From Octopus sinensis (lineage: Eukaryota), in NCBI RefSeq assembly GCF_006345805.1, contig NW_021832232.1:31001-64000 (forward strand): a stretch of DNA of 33,000 nucleotides, read 5' to 3'. The position numbers and the translations under genes are program-made. Positions 24,784-33,000 of the stretch are shown in pieces. The notes beneath the pieces are model-generated. The model was not told where the DNA came from. It worked only from the letters and a program-made list of their open reading frames with translations, and did no database searches. Position 1 is the first letter of the stretch, and each line of letters opens with the position of its first letter.

Positions 24784-25573
24784 TTTCAAAATTATTTGTT
24801 GAATAATTTGTTTGTAATTTTTATCAATTTTTTGAACGTAAAAACCATTTAATTAGACATGGACATTATTATATGTTCAAATAATAGAAATTTATAAGAA
24901 TTGCTAGAAATTGTATATTTTGCAATTGTTTCAGGTAAAAATTATTATCTTAATCGAATATTATCATTTTTAGAGCTTTCTAGAGATGCCAGAATGGTTA
25001 ATCCATCTGCAATTTAGACCGAGTAGACGGGTGTTGTATTTTCATACAATAAATAATTCAAATTCTTGCTAACAAGTTATATTTAGGTATTTTTCCACTT
25101 ATACTTATTTAAACTCTAAAGTGTATTAAATATCAATATTATTTCGATGGCTATTCAGAATATTCCCATTTACGATGGTTTTTATACAAATGTGTGAATG
25201 ATAAAATTTCCCAATATTCTGATTTAGTCTCAGTTTAGTACTAAAAGACACTGTCAGGGTGTAAATGAGGTACCTTTGAGATAGAAATTAATTTTATCAA
25301 TTTTTCAGGGTCACAACTAATTATTAAAATTGGATTTTTTTAACGTTTCTTTAAATTAAAAAGAACGTCTTTCTAAATTAAACAAAGCATATGTAGGTTT
25401 AAAAATAATTCAAACATATCCGAAGATAAAACTAATTTTCTAAAATTAAAAACCAGACTACAATTATTAAACAAAAGCCCATTAAAAATACCAATTTATA
25501 TCAAAACTTTATCAAAAAATTATTATTACTGGAAAGATAAAATTAATTCAATACCTTCATTAGTGGGTGTATT

Positions 25574-26600
25574 TTAAGACTCATCTAAAAATAAATTATT
25601 AAATAACCCACCCAAATCATGTACAACGCAGTCCTGGGAAGAATCATCATCATTTAAAAACCTAATATACTATAATTAAAAGTATTTCAAAAAACTACAC
25701 CTTCATCTTTAATCGACGAAATTCCTCCATATTTGAGAGTTTTGAAGACAAAGTGGGATCCTTACACGCAGGATCCTCACTGTGGTCGGCATCACCACTA
25801 CAAGCACAACTATCTATATATTTAATAGTGTTGTCGATTCGTCTTTTTTGCAGTCCTTTAAATACTTTTAAAAATACGTGATCGACCAAAACGTCCAGTT
25901 CAGATTCACTTTAACATTGCAAATGAAAACTAACATTATTGGAATATTACATGCTGCGTGTGCATTTTTAACCACATCTCTAATTTCTTCGTACCTCACA
26001 TTGTAAAATGACTTTTTCGTGAGACGTTCATTTATACAGGCCTCAATTTTTTGCTCGATAAATTTGGGAACAGGCAGGTCTTCGTTACTAGTCGATCCCC
26101 CATTTAACGAAAATAATTCACGACGTCGCTTAATTGGTTCCCGCTTCAATTTGTGCTCAAGTAGGTAGATTTGGTTAACTTTTTCAAGATAGCGAGGCCC
26201 TTGGATCCACAATGATTTGGAATCATTGAGATCGTCCATGGAAAACTCAGTTTCATCAATAGTTTGAATTTTATCGAGACATTTCTGAGTAACTTAGCAC
26301 AACTAAATACTTCCATTGTATTTTCGAGACATTCAAAATATCTTTCTTTAGATAAATCTGATAATTTATCGAATAATTCAAATTCTGAAGCTAAAAGTGA
26401 AATTATACGTTTATTTTGATCATCAGGATTTTTAGGTTTGTGATTTTCTATTTTATTTGGTTTTTGAACAGTAGAATTTGAAGATGTAGAATTTTGGATA
26501 TTTTCTGAAATGTCGTCATCGGAAATGATTATAATTTCGGGAGTTGAATTTCCAATTTTCAAATTATTATCAGTTTTATCAACTTTAGGTACAATGGGAT
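25574..26600 (-). CDS. DAXX: DAXX histone H3.3 chaperone-like protein; ends approximate
   Basis: A SIM-like EIIIISDDD precedes histone-binding-domain matches MDDLNDSKSLWIQ, YEEIRDVVKNA and LQKRR..DPACKDPTLSSKL. I recall human ELDDPDSAYLQ and LQERR..DPALSDPVLARRL at the same places. Confidence 0.7.
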
Positions 26601-26819
26601 CTATTCAAGAATAAATATTGTCATTTATGAAAAAACCTTTTGTTAATTTAAGTTTAGAAATGACCCTTTTACTGATAGATGAGTCAAACAGATCAATTAA
26701 TCTTTTCTGCCCTGCTATTTGATCTAACATTAGAATCAAAATTACAGACCACAAAGCGACATTAACAAATTATGAGTAGTTTATTATTATTTTAAATAAA
26801 TTTTTTAAAAAATATTTAA

Positions 26820-27227
26820 ATACCACAAACGTATACAAAGTTATAAAAGAACTCAATCAAGTCCATCTGGATCCGGAAACGTACATCTACGTATACAAAA
26901 CGTGTGTGCAGCCAGTCCTCACATATGGCTACGAGGGCTGGTACGGTACGGAGGAGAGTGACTACCTGATCGAACAGTTGGAAAAGACAAGACGTTTCGC
27001 TATGAAATTGGCTTACGGAGTACACTTGACGGAAGGTTAAAAGACTCACATGAATCCTCTGTGTCCACAATCCGGATGGTCTTGGAGAATTGTTGTCAAC
27101 TATGACTACAATTGGGGATACGCATGGAAAGAGACACTTCGGTGCCTTGTTTTTATCTCCCCGCCGATGATTTCTTCTTTGTTTTTCTTTTTCTTTTCGC
27201 TCAATAAACACTATTCTATTCTATTCT
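26820..27227 (+). mobile_element. LINE 3' end (CR1/L2-like) with microsatellite tail
   Basis: RT-thumb peptide YKTCVQPVLTYGYEGW..LEKTRRFAMK, then a T-rich UTR, AATAAA and a (CTATT)3 tail at 27211-27225. Confidence 0.7.
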
Positions 27228-27560
27228 CAATCAAGAATGTCTCAAACAAGTCCAGGAATATCCATAATTACATACCTTCATTGCGTCCTGTAGAAATAAA
27301 CGTAAGAGAGGATAATAATGTTCCTGTCATCTTTAAATCATCAGCCAATTCTTTTTGAGTAATTCTTAATTTTGCACCGACTATTCTTTTCATTAATGAG
27401 CAGGAACGTTGAGTTATTCCGATCTTGGTTGATTAATGACAGTTCGTTTTGTTTCCATCGGGTAATAATATTCCAGACAGTACTTTTTGGTAATATCAGC
27501 AAATTAGAAATCTCTTCATAACTTGTCCCTCTTTGGTAGGTCATTACAACTCATTGTTTA
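27228..27560 (-). mobile_element. Tc1/IS630-like transposase N-terminal remnant
   Basis: HTH GTSYEEISNLLILPKSTVWNIITRWK, followed in a shifted frame by TQKELADDL. It is interrupted by the LINE at 26820-27227. Confidence 0.6.
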
Positions 27561-28414
27561 AGATCCAAAGAATGCTCTTGTCGACATGATAATTTTAATA
27601 ATGAGTGAAAAATAAATTGTATTTATAAGAATCATAATCTATTAATCAATTTTATTAAAATTACGGCTAATCAATTATTTAAAGAAAAAAGAAGCTACCA
27701 ATAGATAGTCATTCATATCTTATTGCAGAAAAAATCCACATTTCTTTGATAGTCCCATTATTTTTTCCACATAAAATTTGGCATTTTTCAATTAAAGTGA
27801 GTTTCAATGATATTTATTTTGAATTCATGGTAATCATTATAAAACACGTCAAATTAAAAATGACTCATCATTCCATGACTTATCTGCCCCACTGTATATA
27901 TACACAGAGTCTATCAGATAGATTGGCTCTAAAAATCATCGATGAATATTCTCAAAAATTCATCACTACATATCCTCCCTTTCGCAGACGTTTTGTTCAA
28001 ACTTTATTTAATTTTGATGTGACCCCCACTTTTGTAAACTTTATCTCACCAGAACTCAAAACTGTCAAAAATATAGCTTGTTTAAACATTAAGTCCGACG
28101 ACAATTCCCTTGTCAAAGTCAATGTCTTTTTCTTCAATATCAGTCCTTAAATCTTTATGAGCGCCCATTAATAGTTACTTGTTTCCTTAAAATACGTCTA
28201 ACATGTTAAAAAATATTAACAAACTAGTAATGTTTTTACCAAAAAATTCTACGATACTCAAATAGGTAACATTCAAAAAGTATTTCTTGAATAATTGTAT
28301 TTTCATAAATTCAAAAAACTCAATATATTTGAAGTATGCTTGAATATGTCGAATAAATAAATCAAGTTGATACAAAGTTCTAAAACAAATTTAAATCACA
28401 TCGACTAGTCAATA

Positions 28415-29489
28415 TGTCACGGTCCACGAGTGTGCCTATGCGTAGGTGTGCCTCCATCGCAATTTTTCCTTTTTTTTTGTAAATCGGTGCATCTATTATC
28501 GATTAGTCCTAAATCATTATTTATTTAGTTTTTGTTACTTATGGAAATATTCCAATGTCGGTGATTACAGCAACAATAAAATACTGAAAGTATCACAATT
28601 TAAATATTTATATATTTCCTGATTTTATAAAATATGTTTTTAATAACTAATATATATAAAAAAATTGAGTAAAAAATTTTTTAATTAAAAAAATTTATAA
28701 GGATGGATTGACCCTAACTCTAACCCTAGGATGCATTAACTCTAAACCTAATCATTTAAAATTACAAAAGAATGTTTTATAATAATTTTAATTGTGAAAA
28801 ATGTTTTTTTACCAAAATCCCCTCATCATTCTCAACTTCATAGTTGTCGCCATTCTGTTTTACAACTTTTGTCGCATGATAAAATTGCAACTTTATCCCA
28901 AAAGCTAACCTAACTTCAACCTTATCCCTAACCCTAACCACAACCTTATCCCAACCTAACCACAACCCTAACCCTAACCCTAACCTTATCCCTATCCCTA
29001 ACCACAACCTTATCCCTATCCCTAACCTTATCCCTACCCCAACCTTATCACTAACCCTAACCTTTTCCCTATCCCTAACCTTATCCCTAACCCTAACAAA
29101 AAAAATCATTATTTTTGAAAGCCGACGATAGCGGACTCTTTCGATCGATCTATGTCTTCCGTGAATTCTCCGAATCGTTGATAATTTTTGATTAAATCAG
29201 TTTTCAGCATTCCAGAGGGTAACCTTCATGCCCACACAAAAATAGTAATTAATAGTATTTTATACTTTTTACAAATAAATATCTAATAATAAAAATAATA
29301 AAAATTAGTTTTAAAATTGCATTCTATGTGTTTTATGCAAAAGACTCTAGATTGGAAAAAAATAGTTGATAATTTGGAAAAAAATTTAAAATCGGTTTAG
29401 CAAATAAAAAAACCCACCAAGTAAATTTTTATGAAAAAAAATTGCGATGGAGGCACACCTACGGCATAGGCACACCACTGGACGTGACA
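28415..29489. mobile_element. Non-autonomous TIR element with TG..CA ends and a 5-bp TSD (Ginger-like)
   Basis: ~54-bp imperfect TIRs at 28415-28467 and 29436-29489, each with two GTGTGCCT motifs. TSD CAATA at 28410-28414 and 29490-29494. An internal minus-strand peptide KVVKQNGDNYEVENDEGILVKKHFSQLKLL* resembles an integrase C-terminal domain. Confidence 0.8.
28892..29097. repeat. Degenerate interstitial telomere-like array (TAACCC/TATCCC/TAACCT)n
   Basis: About 200 bp of hexamers, with pure (TAACCC)n runs and alternating TAACCT-TATCCC units. A shorter patch lies at 28711-28750. Confidence 0.92.
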
Positions 29490-29543
29490 CAATATGTGCT
29501 ATCAACAATAAATTGTGTTAGTAATTATAAGTAATAAAAATAA

Positions 29544-30951
29544 TCATGACAGATTGACGAATGCGCGAAACACACAGCAGTCATCATTCTTGGCTTCTAA
29601 TAACAATTGCGACTCTGCAGAAACAATAAAAACGGAGCCCTTGGAGATTTTCATTATTTCCGACAAATTGGAAATCTCGCCAGACCCCGACAAAACCAGA
29701 CAGATCGAAATAGACGACAAAGCAGTTATATTTTTACTACCACCTTTAAATATCTAAAGAATATTAAAAAATGAGACCATAATCCTCTCGAGTGCAAACT
29801 CTCGCGATGGTGGGGTATAAATTCCATCAAATGGAATAATCATTTGTTTCTGGAAGTCAAAAGAAGAGTATTCCACAAGACGACAAAGATTGTCGACATC
29901 ACAAATTTTAGAAGTTAGTCCTGCTCGAATGACCATGTCTGAATGAGCCATACACTCAATACAGTCTAAACTGAGTTCATGAATAAAAAGACCTCCAAAT
30001 AAATAAGCATGAGCAAGTCCAGCATCAAGGAAAATACAATCGTTTGGTTCCATTTTTACGATATTCATAATAAACACAGCAAAACATCCCACATCGCCAT
30101 CAAAGTGCAATGTCAACCACTGAAACCAATCAAATGCGTCCCAAATGGCTAAAAACAATAAACTATAATACACATGTCCTTGTCTGATAAATTCCTTTTA
30201 ATCCGACACAAAATAGAATTTTGTGCAAATTTGACAACCTCGAGAGAATTTTTAGTTCTGTCCATGAGATTGGAAAAACAGCATCTCCACGTTTCTATCG
30301 AAGGATTGGAAACGAAATTATTTGAATTATCCTCTCCTATTAGATTAGTCAATTCAGGAAGTTCTAAATTCGTCAAAGACTAATAAATGAACCTGACAAG
30401 TTATCGACAATTTCCATGTAAGGACGGAATCCACAAAGAGCAAAAAAGCGGGAAACAGCAACACACATTTCGGGTTTATGATTGGCCTCTGGATATAACT
30501 TGGGGTCTTTTTGGTGGAGTTCTAATGCCTGAGACTAGAATATAAGTGTATAAAAACCCACTTTGTTGGGGTGGATTTGAATAGAGAGTGGTTTCAAGAC
30601 TGAGAGCACTTTGAATAAAAACGGAAGTCGATTTCCGAACATTTGAACTGACCGAGAGCCCAAATAACCGGAATTATGAAACAAAAAATTATCAAGTTTT
30701 TCTCCATTTTCTTTGATGAGAGAACATCCATTTGGATGAGATCCCATCCAAAACTTGTATAAATTAAATATTCATTCACTTCAGCATAAGGGACTCCGTT
30801 ATCAATAGAAACGTGGTTCCCGGCTTCTGCAAGTTTGGAGACTAAACTATCAGGAGCTTTCTGTCCCCAGTCATAATTTTTTGCTGAACATTTTAAGAAT
30901 TTTACTGTTTAATAAATTGAAATTTTACTCACTACTCGGATGAAGATCCAT
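29544..30951 (-). CDS. MPI: Mannose-6-phosphate isomerase (type I PMI)
   Basis: NYDWG, PYAE|FWMGSHP, LPFLFKVLSVLKPLSIQIHPNK, NHKPEM, GFRP, GDVGCF, HAYLFG|DCIECMA and RAGLT. Seven introns of 23-29 nt; stop TGA at 29544-29546. Confidence 0.96.
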
Positions 30952-31051
30952 TTCACTGATTTATTTTTACATTTAAAATAAATCATATATTTAATATAAT
31001 CAAAATTAAATATTTACTATAAAATAACAAGGGATTAATCTTATTTATTTC

Positions 31052-31110
31052 GTTTTCCAAAAGGACATTTCAGTAATTTACACAAAATGAGCCAAAAGTA
31101 ATTTACACAG
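31052..31110. repeat. Short tandem repeat, ~25-bp period, ~2.4 copies
   Basis: Core AGTAATTTA(CACA) occurs three times, ~100 bp upstream of the MPI start. Confidence 0.6.
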
Positions 31111-31134
31111 AAGGAGCTAGAAGTAATTTATTTT

Positions 31135-32134
31135 GATAGTTTTTTTCCATATATTGGTATTTGATTTCCGTTAACGGAATAGTTGAAAAAGTTTGTCACT
31201 GCATCAATTCCGATTGGACCAAGGTGCTTTAGCAAGGTTGTTGGAATCAAGTCTGGTCCACAGGATATATAGGTAATCACCGTTGCAACTTCAGCAGGGG
31301 ATATATAGGTAGGTGTGCTTAATTTCTTTGGTTTATTGTTTACATGAGTTTATCTTTAGATGATTCTTGTGGCTGATTCCGACGTAGAATTTCATGAGTT
31401 TACTCAATTCAGGTTGACTTTTCTGTTCTGAGTCTGTGTAATGGTTGGCAGGTCTGAACTTTTTGAGAGCATTCCACATGCGTTTGGCAGATTTTTCTTT
31501 TCCAAGTGTTTTGATTTTCCCATCTTCTTCTTTGGGATGCTTTAAGTTTCTTAGCGATGGTATCGTTGAGGTTCTTTATTTCTTTTCATCCGCCGGGAAT
31601 AGAAACTAGATTCTTTTTAAGAAAGTTCCTTTTTCTGATAAGAATTTTTGTCTCCTGGTCCAGATTTTTGTCGAAGTGATAGTAAATGCATTTTAGAGTA
31701 AATAGTTTTCTACCCAACAAGATCAGTTCATTTAGGCACTTGACAGCTCCGTCGATTGATTTGAACAGTTTAGTATCAAAGTTTTGCAGCATTGCGTTGA
31801 AGTTAGCATATCCCTCCCAGTTTGCGCTCTTGTAGTTGAAAAAGGACATAGTTTTGTTCATATGGGGAAAGACCTTCTTAATCCTGATGATGATTGGATT
31901 GTGATCTGAATTAAGATCGTAGTCTACTTACCATGAAATGGCTGTGGATAAGTTAGTTGAAGATAGTGTAATGTCGGGAGATGTTAAGCGTTCGGTATCC
32001 TTATAAGGTGTCCTAGTGTGGGTCTTGGCAGAGACATGACAGAGAGTTGTTACAATAGAGACCATCCTCTTAAGTCTGCCCGTTGGGATTTAAACCAAGT
32101 CGGGTGCTTTGCGTTCAAGGGCTAGTCAAAATGC
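31135..32134 (-). mobile_element. APE-type LINE fragment (endonuclease C-terminus, linker, start of RT), interrupted by CRE copy E
   Basis: LNAKHPTW, SPDITLSS and NSDHNPII endonuclease motifs, then GPDLIPTTLLKHLGP..FNYS..IP..WKK across frameshifts. Confidence 0.8.
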
Positions 32135-32145
32135 GAGTAAGTGGT

Positions 32146-32581
32146 TTTTTTTTTTTTTTTTTATATGTAATTAACAAATAGTTATTAACTAACTAAAATC
32201 CCGCATCGTAAATGGAAACACGTTTCCCGTACTATGGCCAAGGAAATCCTTTCGAAAAGCCACTTGACTCGCGTGGGTCTCCCCGTTTATGGGAGATCAT
32301 GCGCCAAGCTTTTTTAGAAAGGAAAGACTTGCGCCGATGACCGGAAGTCTCGACGGCGATGGAGTGAACAGATACCGTTCAGAGAGCCCTTGTACTTTCC
32401 AATCTTCATCTTCTCGTTTTGCGAGAGACTGAGCCAGGCTCGACAGCTGAAGAAGGAAGGTTAGCTCCGAAAGTGTCTGAACACGTCGCATCCCATAACA
32501 GAGACTGCCGAATCAACGGGAAAGTCGATAGCCGTCGGTCTTTTCCGTCTCCCCTCGCAACCCGACGGTTAGGATTGATGG
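32146..32581 (-). mobile_element. CRE-clade retrotransposon copy E (several 1-nt deletions)
   Basis: RGDGK, LLWDATCSDTFG, IAVETSG and GDPRES..ERISLAIV remnants, with poly(T) at 32145-32162 on +. TSD gagtaagtggt at 32135-32145 and 32582-32592. Confidence 0.9.
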
Positions 32582-32714
32582 GAGTAAGTGGTCTATATCA
32601 CGCATATCATAATTCGCAAAGTGTAGGATTGTTTTTCCACTAATTTTGAATATTTTAAATATTTCAACATTTAAATATTAAAATAACCAAGTCAATCGTG
32701 AGTGTTGTGGTGGT

Positions 32715-33000
32715 ATGGTGGATAGTCCAATTTATTTGACCAAAGAGCAGACCGAGGCACTCCTAAGAAACATCGAGGAGGTTCGATTCTTACTCAAATG
32801 ATACAAGGAAATACAAATCATAACCAACAGCATCGAATCTCTCAGAATGGCCGAGGAGGGATTTCTCGACTCCAACGAATGGCTGAACGATTTTTCTTCC
32901 ATGAATAAGGGGAAGGACATGATCGTCCCCCTAACCAACTGCGTTAGAACAATCCCCCATACTATTCCAGTTGTTCACCCGAGGGACATTAGAAGATACC
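32715..33000 (+). CDS. PFDN5: Prefoldin subunit 5, 5' part (runs off the window; not in the ORF track)
   Basis: MVDSPIYLTKEQTEALLRNIEE|EIQIITNSIESLR..KGKDMIVPLTNC|LFTRGTLED. Introns 32781-32807 and 32943-32970 match recalled human LDQ|EVE and PLTSS|MYVPG. Confidence 0.88.

Noticed and set aside
24850-25050. ATG plus a 39-nt GT-AG intron giving a short frame with TAA/TAG stops
   Set aside because: No homology was recognised; likely chance or a decayed fragment.
27746-28375. ORFs 27746-28150 (+) and 28187-28375 (-), with a weak small-GTPase-like MGAHKDLR..TSAK hint on the minus strand
   Set aside because: There are multiple stops, no P-loop and no convincing family match.
28777-29109. 110-aa ORF with RVRDK/GIGIRL repeats
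   Set aside because: It is a translation of the telomere-like hexamer array. Only the last ~30 aa look protein-derived.

Overview
AT-rich eukaryotic, almost certainly animal, genomic DNA. Compact host genes broken by ultra-short introns alternate with decayed or nested transposons. Hand-splicing gives these genes: IGF2BP/Imp-like KH protein (with in-frame TAG), HADHA (18 introns), a lin-66/Egalitarian-like protein, IQSEC/BRAG Arf-GEF, SH3BGRL, PIFO, spermidine synthase, DENR, DAXX, mannose-6-phosphate isomerase and the 5' part of PFDN5. In the seven genes I could splice completely, 42 of 43 introns are 23-30 nt, and many sit at positions I recall from the human orthologues. Together with a ciliary gene, this suggests a reduced ciliated metazoan such as a dicyemid (inference). 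Mobile DNA includes five divergent CRE-clade retrotransposon copies (four with ~11-bp TSDs at unrelated sites), a TG..CA TIR element with a 5-bp TSD carrying a telomere-like array, a Ginger2-like integrase with mini-introns, and Buster-hAT, pogo, Tc1, R4-like and APE-LINE remnants. All calls come from manual reading and recalled family motifs; no searches were run.
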